From positions 55,490,001 through 55,554,000 of the forward strand of contig OX597816.1 in the NCBI GenBank assembly GCA_951406725.2: a stretch of 64,000 nucleotides of DNA, in the 5' to 3' direction. A model generated the notes under the pieces. It was not told the DNA's origin, did not search any database, and saw only the letters and a program-made list of their open reading frames with translations. This DNA comes from Octopus vulgaris (Eukaryota). A program made the translations under genes and the position numbers. This document shows positions 25,421 to 39,601 of this stretch, in pieces. Numbering within the stretch: position 1 is the first letter of the stretch; the number at the start of each line of letters is the position of its first letter.

Positions 25421-25713
25421 AAAAGATTATATGTGTGTGTTTGTGTGTGTGTGTGTGTGTGTATGTGCGTGTGTGTGTGTGCATGTGTGTGTGTGTGTGT
25501 ATATGTTTGTATATACAAATAAAGAGGCGAGGTAGCAGCAGCTTTACCATTTCGGGCTCAACGTTGAGTGGCATTTCTTCCGTTGCCACGTTCTGAGTTC
25601 AAATGCCGCCGGGGTTGACATTGCTTTCCATCCTTTCGAAGTCGATAAAAAAACTACCAGTTGAACACTGGGGTCAATGTAACTGACTAACCCTCTTCCT
25701 CGAACTTTTGCCA

Positions 25714-25747
<34 letters not shown>

Positions 25748-26449
25748 ATGTGTGTGTGTGTGTATGTAACGGGGTTCCACAGTGGTTCCGCGTATGAAAT
25801 TCACTCTTATGACGTTGGTCGGTTTGGGGGGGTACAGCAACAAAACACTTGCTCTAGGAGCAGCGCAGTGGGATTGAGCCTGCGACAACGAGGTTGTATA
25901 GTGAGCTTCTTAACCACGAAGCCATGCTACAGCCTAAATTTTAGCGTTCACATAAGATGTTCAAATTTATTAATAACGAATCCGAGACACAAACATTTCG
26001 ATTCCCATGATTATTTTCCTATAATAAAGTGGCAACCAAATACTTCGAAGAAAAAATAAATATCACATGAATCTCACGATTTGTGTGAACGGGAATTCGG
26101 TTATCTATCAGAATTGTTCCCTTGAGTTATTTATTTTTTTTATTTTTGTATTAAACAAATCAATTGAAGGCTAAATATTTGACTTTTCATTGGAAAATAA
26201 TATTTTCCGCACACAAATTTTTTCATACTCTGAAACAACAAAGCTGCAAGAATATTGGAGTCTGAAGAGAAATACACCTTATGGCACGTTTATTTAACCA
26301 AAGGAATTACTTTTACCTCAGAGTTTTTCTGTTGTAGATAAAATGCTGGAACCGATAGCAATGTCAGCAAGATATATATCACATCGAATGTTTGTTGTAT
26401 ACCAGAATAAATATAGTGTCATATATTGCTGGTATTGATTTGTTGACCA

Positions 26450-26670
26450 GCGGCGAGCTGGCAGAAACGTTATCACGCCGGGCGAAATGCTTAACAGTAT
26501 TTCTTCTGCCGCTACGTTCTAAGTTCGAATTCCGCCGAGGTCGACTTCGCCTTTCATCCTTTCGGGGTCGAAAAATTAAGTACCAGTTACGCACTGGGAT
26601 CGATATAATCGACTGAATCCGTTTGTCCTCTCTGTGTTTAACCCCTTGTGGTTAGTAAAGAAATAGGTAT
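26450..26670 (+). mobile_element. SINE family S2
   Basis: Similarity to 10466-10699. Confidence 0.85.
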
Positions 26671-26839
26671 TGATTTGTTGTGTATTGTATATTATCTATC
26701 AATGCTCAGGTCATACTGGAGCATTGACTCGTAACTCGGATGTAGATATGACTGCAATAGTGAAAGTGATATCACTCGGATATGATAGAAATCGCAACTG
26801 GTTTTTGCTCGTCCGTGATAAATATTGGTGTACAACACC

Positions 26840-28786
26840 AATGATTATAAGCCTTAGGCGGTTCTCTCCCTTTAAAACGAAACTTCACCCTGACTTCTAT
26901 TTTTCTCTTTCTTTCTGTCTGTTACTCCTGAAGCAACCGTTGGTGCCAGCATCAAGGGTGAATCAGTCATAACTATATATACACCCAGAACGTCGCCAAA
27001 AGCTTAAGAGTGAAATTTATGATTTCTCGGTTTTCTGTGAATCAATTTTGATGAAAAAAAATTTACCTGCTGGCCTGCACACTATAGCAACCCCAGTGTT
27101 ATGTTTTCATTATTCTGTGTAACTCCTTTCTTTTCTTTTCTTTTTTTTTTATTAAATATTATGGAACAAAAAATGATGGAAAACATGTCAAGGTAAAAAA
27201 ACCAAAAATACAAAAGGAAAATTTACCAACGGTCAACGTATTCTGTGATTGAGGGCGTCGCAAATATTCTTGAATAGGCTGAAATAGAGGCCATAAGGGA
27301 TGGTTGTTTTGAAAAGAATTATAATGAATTATAAGAATTATAAGAATTATACACAATTTTCAGCTTTCGCTTTGCAGCACATCATATGGTAAACAGGATG
27401 TTATTTCTATTTGTGTACGTTTGCTGGTATATCTGTATATGTGTATATATATGCCTACCAATGCTCTCAAACCACTCATCTAATGACGTGTGATTACAAA
27501 ACTACAACCGTGTCTTGTTTATATAATATTTATATATTGATACGCACAATATAGAAAAGTCAACCAATCACAGCGGTTGTTACTAAGAAATTGAAACAAC
27601 TGTTATGATTTGTGATTAAACCTGATCGTTCCATATTCTTGCTTCATAAATTTATTTATTTTTCCGTGCATGTGTGTGCGTGTAGTGTGCTTGTCTAAAT
27701 ACATGTATGCACGTACAAGCATATACATATATACATATATATGCGTGTGTGTGTGTGAGTGTGTGTATAAGAGGCAGAGAGAGAAAGTGATAGATAACTA
27801 GATAGAGAGAGAGATAAAGGGATAGATAGAGAGTGAGATGGATAGATAAATAGATAAACAGATAGACAGATAGATCGATATAAATATGCATATATATACA
27901 CCCAGTGAAGGCGCATGGCTCAGTGGTTAAAGCGTCGAGCTTACGATTGTGAGGTTGTGAGTTCGAATCCCGGACCAAGCTGCGCGCTGTGTTCTTGAGC
28001 AAGACACTTTATTTCGCGTTGCTCCAGTTCACTCAGCTGTAGAAATGAGTTGCGACGTCACAGGTGCCAAGCTGTATCAGCCTTTGCCTTTCCCTTGGAT
28101 TACACTGGTGGCCTGGAGAGGAGAGGCCGGTATGCATGGACGACTGCCGGTCTTCCATAAACAACCTTGTCCTGGGATAGTAACTTTGTAGGTGCAATCA
28201 TATACACCTACAATCACGCTAATAGCTTAGGAGTGTAATTTAAGATTTCTTGGTTTTCTCTAAATCGATTTTGATAAACCTTTTCCCAGCTCCACTATGT
28301 CAACACCACTGCTATATTTTCATTATTTTGTGTAACGTCCTTTCTTTTTTATTTCAGATTCTTCAGTTTTTTTAGGAACCACGCTAATAGCTCTTGAATG
28401 AAAATAGACCATCTAAACTTTTTTTTTCACAAAATGAAGGGTAAGGATACACATGAAGCATACATTGAGTATATATTTAACGGAAAACCATAATATTTAA
28501 CAAAAGAGAAAACATAAAAGAAAGGAGGTTACACAGAATAATGGAAAGATAACAATGGTGTTGCCATAGTGTGCTGACGAGCTGGGAAAAGTTTTATAAA
28601 AATCGATTCACAGGAAAACGAGAAATCATAAACGACGTTCTGGGTGTATATATAATTATGACTGGTCACTGTTGATGCTGGCACCAACGGTTGTTCTAGG
28701 AGTAACAGACAGAAAGAAAGAGAAAAATAGAAGGCAGGGTGAAGTTTCCCTTTAGAGGGAGTGAACCGCCTAAGGCTTATAATCAT
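26840..28786. repeat. ~290-bp diverged inverted repeat pair (26840-27135 / 28515-28786) with internal partial direct copy (28200-28350)
   Basis: Shared spurious peptide MIISLRRF...QPLVPAS on opposite strands. Confidence 0.75.
27907..28200 (+). mobile_element. tRNA-derived SINE family S4
   Basis: TGGCTCAGTGG A box, GAGTTCGAATCCC B box. Matches 53262-53589. Confidence 0.85.
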
Positions 28787-29378
28787 TTTTGTTTTTTTGC
28801 TTTAATATTATTATGCGAGGTCTTTTTTATGAATGAGGTAACATATGAAATAATAATTCCATATATTTAATTTTTTTTTTTCATTTTCGGTGTTCTAGTA
28901 GTTGCATACAACGTTAATTCGCTCTAATGGAGCTAGTCGATGCAACATACCTTGGGATCGTGAAACTAGTCGGTCTAACTTCATTTAAAACATCTAGGAA
29001 TTTTATTCGATCGATATCCTATCCTTCGTTATTTTCTTTTCTTATTCTTTTAGCAGTGGAGAAAAAAAGTGAAGTGATAGCGGCAGAGCAACGAAAATCT
29101 CAGAATCATTTTAAATTAAAATTAACATTGTACACAAGTACAATCGACATTTTCCATTTTCTTTACTTTTATCAGTGGAGCGGAAACAAAGTGGGAGTGA
29201 TAGAAAGGGGGAAAGTGTCTTAGGTGTTTCGGATCCCATGCGGCGAGTCTTTGAAAGATATTGTTTAATTTCTCCCATTCATTATTTATTTTTCCCTCCA
29301 GTACTTCTTCGCCTTGTTTGACAATTTTTCATACGTAAATTCATAATACATACATACATACATACATACATACATACA

Positions 29379-29409
<31 letters not shown>

Positions 29410-30802
29410 GTATATATGAACGTATTTATATATATATATATATATAAATATGTATGCATGCATATATGTGTGTATATATATGTATGTAGTTCGTCATATG
29501 TAATATGATTCAGCAAAATGGTGGCTATAAGCAATATAAAACCAAAAAGGAAGAATTCAATTATCAATAATTTTATCATTTTCACATTAGCATTTTGCTG
29601 AAACAGCAATTCATTCGTATGATATATATATACTCTATACTGACAGTAGGAACTTGGCCAAACCATTCAACGACGGATTTTTCACCACTGATTAACCTTA
29701 ATCTCAAGAGAAACTAGAATTCTAGTACGGCGATCTCGTTCGCTATGGGTCGGTTGTCTCCCCTGTCAGTACATAGACGTGTGTTTCTTTATAGCGAAAA
29801 GCGTTTCTACCTCTTATTTCTAGAAAAGTTGGTGCTATCCTGCACCGTCAGTCAGAGTTAGTGGTAATTGAATTCTTCCTTTTTGTTTTTATATTGTTTA
29901 TAGCTGCCTTCGTTATTTTATAATCTCCACATTACCATTTTGCTGAATCAGCAGTTAATTTAGATTATCTGCGTTATGAGCATGAGCGTTAACTATTTAA
30001 CCCAACATCAATTATAATTAAAAGAACAACAAAAACATTTTAACGAACGATATAATCAAGTAAGTGAAATTCACTTCATTATATCGAAATTCACTTCATT
30101 ATATCTCAAACACACACACGGTTTTTATAATTATTTATATAATATTGCTATGTTATATGTTATATTCATAGTATTTAATGTAATATTTTAATGCAAATAA
30201 ATTAAAAATAAAGATATTCTATTGACAATCCAATAATTTATTTATATTACAATATTACATTAAATACTATGAGGTGAACATGAGGATAGTTACATCAAAA
30301 TCCATTCTACACCAAGTGTCATATATTAGAGGAGGATCTCAGTAATAACAGTGTAGCAAAACGGCGGTGCTCCATCATGGCCACAGCTCTGAGCCGAAAC
30401 TACGAAAATATATATATTTATATATTTAGCAGAATTAACAATGTGTCTTACGTATTGACAGTTTGGTGTTTTACCACCTGCCGGTTTGAAGAGCGTTAAT
30501 ACACGAAACTCTTGGTCCTTGAGTCAATCTGTAACCTCAGCCAAATACTGATAAAAAATCTTCTTATACACTCATGCTTTGAAATCTATTTTCCAGTTTA
30601 CATCGCCAAATCTGTATACGTATGTGTATGTATGTGTGCGTGCGTGTGTGTCTGAGTGTGATTATGTGTGTGTTGTAGTTATTCAGAAGAAAGACGTTGT
30701 GCTTGTTCTTTTCTACAGGTCACACGGAATGCACAGCGGAGAGCCCAGTGAGGGAACTAATATCCTTATAAACTTTGATAATATTTCAGGAACGGAGTTG
30801 CT

Positions 30803-30952
30803 ATGTGGTAAGTAGCTTGTTTACCAACCACATGGGTCCGGGTTCAGTCCCACTGCGTAGCACCTTTGGCAAGTGTCTTCTACTATAGCCTCGGGCCAAC
30901 CAAAGCCTTGTGAGTGGATTTGGTAGGCGGAAACTGAAAGAAGCCCGTCGTA

Positions 30953-31006
<54 letters not shown>

Positions 31007-31230
31007 TGTGTGTGTTTGTGTGTCTGTGTTTGTCTCCCTAGCATTGCTTGACAACCGATGCTGGTGTGTTTATGTCCCCGTTACTTAGCGGTTCGGCAAA
31101 AGAGACCGATAGAAAAAGTACTGGGCTTACAAAAAGAATAAGTCCCGGGGTCGAGTTGCTCGATTAAAGGCGGTGCTCCAGCATGGCCGCAGTCAAATGA
31201 CTGAAACAAGTAAAAAAAAAATAAAAGAGT
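30803..31230 (+). mobile_element. SINE S1
   Basis: Similarity to 2218-2627. Confidence 0.9.
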
Positions 31231-31839
31231 AAGCAACGTATGTACATCCGTGTATGAAACACATCTGTTCCTTATAGGATGCCCAAGCTATTCGTCCAGT
31301 CAAATGCTACTGTTTATTGCACTTTTATATAGCTTTCTGATTCAAACTAGCTGTTATGCGATGCTATGACATATAATTTTGTGTGAGTGGGAGTAAAGTA
31401 AGACGGTGTATACAAATCATTTCGAAAATTTTAGGTGCTCTAGATACGACGATCTAAAATTACCCCCTATATATTGAAACGAAATTAGTTTATAGAATTT
31501 AATTTTTACTGTGTAATGTTGTCATTCTAAAGAGTAAGAAATCAGCCATTGTTGTCTGGTATATTATTGATTTTTCGAAGATGCTCGTCTTCTCTATTTC
31601 ATCCGCGAAGAATATATGATTTTAAGCAAAGACTGAATCTATACCATCCTGTGTTACACCGTATCAAAACCAACAATAATTGCATCAGCATCGCTACTTC
31701 ATTCTGAAGATGAGACTAAGAATAGTTCGAAATGTTAAAGGATACAAAAATCTGTTTGTTTGCAAAGAAAGCAGAAAAATACTAAGGTCCTAACTATTAA
31801 TAAAAAAAAAGGAATGAATCCCGATTACAGTCGTTTTTT

Positions 31840-32036
31840 TGTGGCTGTGTGGTAAAGTTTTACTCAACAACCACATGGTTCCGGGTTCAGACCCACTGCG
31901 TCGCATCTGGGGCAAGTATTTTCTACTATAGACTCGGCCCACCCAGAGCTTTGTGAGTGGATTTGGTGGACAAAACCTGAAAGAAGTTTATGATATATAT
32001 ATATATATATATACATACACACACACACAAATATGC

Positions 32037-32093
<57 letters not shown>

Positions 32094-32472
32094 CATATAG
32101 GCGTGGGAGTGGCTGTGTGGTAAGAAGCTTGCTTCCCAACCACATGGGGCCGCGTTCAGTCCCACTGCGTGGCACCTTGGCGGAGTGACTTCTACTACAA
32201 CCCAAGCCGACCAAAGTCTCGTGAGTGGATTCGGTAGACGTAAACTGAAGGACGCCCGTCGTATGTATGTGTGCGCGCGCCGTGTTTGTGTGTGTCCATT
32301 TTTGTCCCCACCCACTAACGTTTCACAACCAATGTTGGTGGTTTTACGTCCCCGTAACGTAACGGTTCGATAGAATATCTACTAGGCTTACAAAGAATAC
32401 GTCCTGGGTGTCGATTTGTTCGACTAAAGACGGTGCTCCAGCATGGCCGCAGTCAAATGACTGAAACAAGTA
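31840..32472 (+). mobile_element. SINE S1 5' half followed by a full S1 copy (32100-32472)
   Basis: Similarity to S1. Confidence 0.85.
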
Positions 32473-32482
32473 ATATATATAA

Positions 32483-32513
<31 letters not shown>

Positions 32514-33535
32514 TGTATGTATGTATGAAAACACATATCTATACACATATGTATGTGTACGTAGGTGGGTGGGTGTGTGGATGTGTGCGGCGTATGTGTA
32601 TCATTGGGTCATTGTTTTCTACCAACCACTGCTTGACAACCGGTGTTGGGGTGTTTAGATCCTTGTAAGCTAGCAGTTCGTCTAAAGTCAACGATAAAAT
32701 AAGTAACATGCTTTAAAAGAAAATAAATCCTGGGGCCGCCGAACCGTTCGCCTAAACGCCTTCAAGGCGGTGCTCCAGCCTCGCGAAGAATCGTGCGACT
32801 GTCACAGAAAGCACCTTTTACGGATTCTTCTAGCAGACCACACAGTGACCAGCTAGAAAGCAGAATAATCTAGTGTTTCCCTGTAACTGAAAATCTCCTA
32901 AATCCGAATGAAGAAACATTTTGATAAGAAGTATTTAAAACCATAAACCCGCGAGGTAAACAATGTATGATGAAAAGATATTTATTTAACAACGTGGCTT
33001 CCATAGGACTCTGACTGTTGTGGATAAACTTTACACACGCATTGCCTTTAAGATATTTTACGTTGATTTAATATCATATTCCTGTAGTGTATATACATAA
33101 GTGGCACGCAGGTTGGATTGAACGCCGACAAGGCATGAAATAAGTTCGCAGTTCTACAGTGGTAAACGTAAAGTAGAGCTAGAAGTTGAAATGTAACTAT
33201 ATTAAAAGAGCATGCAGTTATAAAGCAATGAAAAATTACTGCCAATATATATGTGTGTATGTGCGTGTGTATGTTTATGTACGAGTGTATGTATGGATAA
33301 AGACACTCTTCGCTCACGAATAAACATGGGATTGCAGCTAGCGACCCCCACCCCCGAAGCACAGACCCAAGTAGGCTTGTTTGTAAAAGACGAGCGGTCA
33401 CCGATGCACATGCATACAAGTCTCCCCTCACCATGCAAAGGAAATGCAAAGGCCGACAGAGATCGGCACCAATGGCATAGTAACTCATTTCTACAGTTAG
33501 CATTTCGTTACTAAAACCTAGCGTCATCGTAAATA

Positions 33536-33758
33536 CCTATTTCTTTACAACCCACAACGGGCTAAACACAGAGACGACAAAGAAGGACAGACAAACGGAT
33601 TAAGATGATTACATCGACCCCTGTGTGTAACTGGTACTTAATTTATCGAACCCCGAAAGGATGAAAGGCTAAGTCGAGCTCGGCGGAATTTGAACTCAGA
33701 ACGTAACGGCAGACAAAATACAGCTAAGCATTCCGCCCGGCGTGCTAACTGTTCTGCT
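33536..33758 (-). mobile_element. SINE family S2
   Basis: Reverse complement of S2. Confidence 0.85.
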
Positions 33759-34044
33759 TATATATAACATGCAATTGTAGAATCAAATATGGCTACATAC
33801 AAATTGAGAGTAAACCGAAGCAAGCTTATATGTAAATAGTTAATATCAACGTAATCTTAGAATTACTGACGTTGAAAAAACAATACTAAAAGTATATTTA
33901 CTGTTATTAAAGCAATTAAATATTAATTTTTATTAGAAAGTCGGCGAGTCATAGAAAACCTGTAACTGTAAAATCTGAAGTAGACAGCTGTAAGATGGAA
34001 TATCGCAAAGCATTTGTTAAGAGAATGTGCATTTAATGATTTAA

Positions 34045-35930
34045 AACAATGATGAATAACGAGGAGATGTGGAGGTACTTCCGCATCTCCTCGTACAACC
34101 CTTTTGTTCTCTTGGTAACATATCATCCTCATCACGGAATTTGTACAGTTCCTCTGCAATTCCTCTTGACAGTAACTTCCACATTAATGGGAAGGAAGAA
34201 ATTAACTTGCAATTGTCAGCAGCATTTCCCTTTGATGCATCCTTCAGACACAAAACTGTTCTTACATTTGTCAACCAGCCTGTGATTTCTTTTCCTCCAT
34301 CGATTAATGCATTAAATTGCTCTACAATCAATTTATGACACCCACTGAACTTATTTATCCCAAATCCCCGTACACCATCAGGTCCAGCTGCTTTCCTGTT
34401 GTTTCTCTTTTGATTCATATCTCCGATACTGTCTTCTGTGCAGTGAATAGCCTCCTGCTGGAGATAAGAAGATGTTTGCTTCAGGCTGCAAATCCATTCA
34501 GCTGTAATATTATGTTGTTGTTGCTTACTCCATAACTTTCCGAGAACTATCGGCCTCTATCAACATCAAGAACTAAGCTTTCACATTCTATATGATTATT
34601 AATTTCTCGATCAATATTTTTTGGTTGATTCTAAACAATGTATTTTACCGGTGTTGTTTAATCCGTTGTTCAACCCTAGTTAGCTTTGCTTCAGTTCTTC
34701 AATTACAACATTCAGACTTTTTGTATCTATATCATACTTCTTGGATTTTTCAAATTTGCGAACATTCTTTTCTTCTCCTTTTCTTTTCGTGACAAGCATT
34801 GACACTACACTTTTCAAGGAGTTTATATCTTTAGAAATTCTCTTTTTCCACCATGGTTATTTCTTTCCTCTTCTATACGCCAGTGTTCTGTTCTGCCATA
34901 ACCACACTTGCAGCCTTGATGAGATTACTTGTATGTGTGATGTTCTTTGTTTCAACGTGTTTCGATACATTATTGACTTTACTCGTCACTTGATTTAGTC
35001 TCCATTGATTAGCCTTCTTGAAGTTGCATATAAATTCTGTCTCTCCTGTATTTAGTAGATCCAAATTCCTATTTATTATTATATGATCTTCATTGTTTAA
35101 GGAGTCACTGATCTCGATTCTTTCCCAAGTTACGGTAGTATATTCTTGCGAACAATTGTCCGTCTACTCCACCATACCACTTTCGTTTCTCATACGCCCG
35201 GCATCACCTGATATCCTTAATTCTGTTAACCAGCCACTCTTTCTTATTGCTCTTGCTTCGTCACATAATCTCTGTTCAGTAATTTCAAACAGAACCATTG
35301 CATTCCATTCACTGTGCATTCGTTTTCTGTACCCTTTGACAAGCATGCCTTTCGCATCCACTGGGGTGCTCCGGTAGTAACGCTCCATAACCATCACATT
35401 TACTTATTTACTCCACTTATGTCTCGCAGTACGGCTAGCAATGGTTGGATTACGACCGTCCCACCCTGCTGCACAGTAGGATGCCTGCCAGGTGCGGCAC
35501 ATTGAACTTTGGTTCCAGTCCCGTTCACACCGATATAAGTAGCTATTTTGCTTGGAATGTTCACTCACAAATAAGGTATGTCTTTAGGTTACCACCAACC
35601 GGTATATTTATCGACACTCCATCTCTATCACGGCTGTCCGCCAAGGCGACAGAAGCTTTGCTCACCTGGTTTTGAACTTAGATTGGCTTTTTTCTAGGCT
35701 CCTTGCCATCCAAGGCTAATGAGTACAGCCTACCCGTAGCACTGGCTATTTGAATGCACCAGGCACTAGCCCTTTTACTCTCTTCTGCTAGTTCGGCGAA
35801 GGAGTCGGGCTTGACAATCAGAGGCTATGTTTGGCGCAGGCCATTGGGTCATTTTATAAGTGAAGGGCGCTTAAATCCCTCCTCCAACCCAGTATTGACA
35901 TTTTTACTTCCTTTTGCCCCACCTTCTTCA
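34045..35930 (-). mobile_element. Degenerate R4/Dong-type element retaining its 5' region, broken off inside RT
   Basis: YYRSTP..GYRKRM..W..TEQRLCD..IRK.GWL N-terminus, KAAGPDGV, WLT..RTVL, PLMWKLL, EQKGC. The 5' end abuts an (ATT)n array at 35937-36080. Confidence 0.8.
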
Positions 35931-35985
35931 GCTTGCTATTACTATCACCATCACCATCATCATTATTATCATTATTATTATTATA

Positions 35986-36079
<94 letters not shown>

Positions 36080-36489
36080 GTCCTACAGTGACTACCATTA
36101 CTACTAGTGTCATCAATATTTTTACCATTGCCATCATTATTGTTAATGTCAACACTCTCACTACCAACAATATTGCACTTACCTCCTCCATCCTCCTCCT
36201 TACTATCGCTACCATGATATTATTACGTTTATTTTAATGTTAGAAAACGACGCCAGATCAGTTTGGTTGCTGGAGCTTCTGTTTATTCCCTTGTATATGG
36301 AAGAGCCACGGATGGATAATATCACGCTGGTAGAGATTAAAATTTATACAAACATGTGCGGGGAGGAGGGGAAGGGCATATTCTAAGTAATATTATCACT
36401 AATCTTACCGTCACCGCAACTAATACAATTATTACCACTGTAATTATTGTTGTTGTTACTGCTGATGTTGCTGTTGCTGTTGAGTGAAG

Positions 36490-36840
36490 CGGTCTTCGTC
36501 CCAGAGTGGGAGAAGTCCGAAACGTGGTCCTTTGCTGTTCGCAAGACCCGCAGAAGAGAGAGCAGGTCAACCCCCGACACCGAGAGCATCGACGGATGGA
36601 TGAATGTGCATCCAGGCTCAGCGGTTGCATAGGAGGTCGGGGATAAGAAACAGGAAGAAAGAGTGAGAGAAAGTTGGAGCGAAAGAGTACAACAGAGGTC
36701 GCCAACGTCCCCTGCTAGAGCCTCGTGGAGCTTTAGGTGTTTTCGCTCAATAAACACACACAACGCCCGGTCTGGGAATCGAAACCGCGATCCTCCGACT
36801 GCGAGTCCGCTGCCCTAAACTCTGGGCCATTGCGCCTCCC
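36490..36840 (-). mobile_element. SINE family S3
   Basis: tRNA-like head at 36770-36840. Confidence 0.8.
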
Positions 36841-37506
36841 CTGTTGCTGCTGCTGTTGTTGTTGCTGTTGTTGCTGTTGTTGTTGTTGTTGTTGTTATCC
36901 GCCTCTACCAACATTCGATGTATATACCTTTATTAAAAACCTTTGTTATTTATCTATGTTATCTGCTACACATATTATTTGAGTTTTCATTCTTCCTATC
37001 ACCATGAGCTTGTCAGACATATCCCTAATTATTCTTTACTTTTCCGAAGGGGCATTTTCAGTGAGCAACATTATTTTTGTAACGTTTGCATTAATGAGAC
37101 ACCTTAAACTTTAAATTTATTGTTCGCCCTGTAATTTACCAGACTTCATTTACAATTGCAACCTGATCCAATGAAATACCGATTATTTTTTTGTTCCGTT
37201 GTCTAACTAATCTGAATTGTTCTTCTAAAAAACTAAATTTCAAAACAATATTTCCTCTCTCCCCGCTTTTTATTATCAACGTCACATTCTGATTCATATG
37301 TTGCCATTGGAAATATGAAATTTAGAACAATTTCAACTTAAATATCTACTTACTGATATTCAAATAACATTTAAAGAGATAACAGCAGGATTTGCAAAAG
37401 GAATTAGCTTTATCTCTTTGACGCATTCATATAAATTTCCATTAAAAGTCTTAAGATACCAAAATTCATCCACCATTTGACAATCTCATTTTCAATTACT
37501 TTATAC

Positions 37507-37739
37507 CCATTTCTTTACTACCCACAAGGGGCTACACACAGAGGGGACAAACAAGGACAGACATAGATATTAAGTCGATTACATCGACCCCAGTGCGTAA
37601 CTGGTACTTAATTTATCGACCCAGAAAGGATGAAATGCAAAGTCGACCTCGGCGGAATTTGAACTCAGAACGTAACGGCAGACGAAATGCGGCTACGCAT
37701 TTCGCCCGGCGTGCTAACGTTTCTGCCAGCTCGCCGCCT
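37507..37739 (-). mobile_element. SINE family S2
   Basis: Reverse complement of S2. Confidence 0.88.
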
Positions 37740-38299
37740 TTATACCGTTGAGGTATAATTTACTTTATACTGTTAAGGTAAGAAACGGAATCCGAGGCAA
37801 ACAGAAATTTGACTGAATACACAAAACTGAAGCAAAAACTTTTGTCGATAAAAATGAATTACAGAAATAATTTGAGTTGAGGAGTGAAATATAAATTTTG
37901 GGATATTTGTCGTTTCCCAGAGAGAATCATCTATAAAGGAGGATTTCATCTTTAGAATATAAATGAAAAATATAAGAATTTAAATAATGTTCATGGAGAG
38001 AAGGGCTGCTAAATAGTGTGAAGAGAAAGAGTAGGAGTCAATAGATGAATGAGGTGCGTGGGAGTGAAGATAACGGTGAGGAATGTCAGTGGCAACAGTC
38101 AGTTTGTTTCATTATATGATGTTTTGGGAAAATCACGTCAGGTGAATTGACGAACTTTTAGGACACGCACGTTCAAAAGCAGGACGTAGAGACGGAGATA
38201 TAAATTCAGACATATACAATCGACTACGTATTCTCGTGAATATGTAGTTGATTGTATACATTCATAAAGACTGTTCTAATCACATGTACATACATATAC

Positions 38300-38338
<39 letters not shown>

Positions 38339-38394
38339 TGTATATGTATGTGTATATATGTACATAAATATATATATATATTTATACGCATACA

Positions 38395-38428
<34 letters not shown>

Positions 38429-38434
<6 letters not shown>

Positions 38435-38705
38435 ATGGAAGAAATGGAGTTGAACGAAGATTGTACAGAATTCCTTTTATTACATTCATGTGTAGAATGT
38501 AATAAAAGGAATTCTGTACAATCTTCGTTCAACTCCATTTCTTCCATTCACTAATAATATTAAACTTCAATTATCCGCACCAACGCACCTTTGCAACACC
38601 AAATGGTCTTATCTCCAACAGTGGTTTTTCTGCTGTGATTTTTGCTACCCAGGTATCGGTTAAACTTTTGAATAATCTGTAACAAGAAAATTCATCTTTC
38701 TATTT

Positions 38706-38710
<5 letters not shown>
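38429..38710 (-). mobile_element. Family H5 fragment with perfect ~59-bp-arm hairpin (38429-38553)
   Basis: TAGTGAATGG...TTACATTC atgtgta GAATGTAA...CCATTCACTA. Motif TTTAACCGATACCTGGGTAGCAAA at ~38641-38665(-). Confidence 0.7.
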
Positions 38711-38757
<47 letters not shown>

Positions 38758-39601
38758 GCACACGCACATACACGGACACACACACACACACGCACACACG
38801 AGAGTTCACTCCGTTAAGAGGCGTCTATGTAGGAACGCTCCAGATTGAGCTGGCAGGGTGTCAGGCTCCTTCCCTGTAGATGGACTTACGGAGGGCAAAA
38901 GTGATCACCTCGTTAATGTGAACACTTCTCACTCAGGAGGCAGGTCCTACAGAAAATCCTCTTGCCTCGTTTATTTGTCTTGTAACGACCCTTGGTACCC
39001 GTTCGTCGGGAGAATCCTGAGGGACAGGCAACCTGGGTGTTATGCCTGATGCTGCCGCTGTATTTGTTTTAAGTATACGGGAGATTACATTTCGTATGTA
39101 GCTGGTCTTAGTACAAATTATGTGGGCCGATTTGTAGTGAACGAAGAGTACTCCGACTACAACCAATACATGTGCCACCAGCGCCACCACCGACTACTAC
39201 CAGGGGATTTACCATCCCAGCCAGCAACACCGATGGACACAACCACCTTCACTACCACTGCTGCTAACCCTAAACTTAGTCATCCACCCACAACAATCTC
39301 TATGGCACCAGCAATATCATCGTTCCGGGCAACTACTGCTGTATCTCCAACTTGTTTAAACGGGGTCACTGCCCATTCGGCTATCCAACTAGCTGGTGTA
39401 CCTCTGAAGAGGGGTCTCTCTGCATTGTTAGAAGCTCTCCCCTTTTCCTTTTTCATCTATTAGGATACGTCTGTATCACAATGCTTGAATTGAAGTATAA
39501 CGCTCTTCTAATATATATACATAATACATACACACATACGTACATTCATACATTTACATATGTATATATACATGTGTGTATATATATATATATATATATA
39601 G

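Noticed and set aside
38815-39480. GC-richer stretch with a Thr/Pro-rich ORF
   Set aside because: No motif recognised; likely a retroelement scrap but unsupported.
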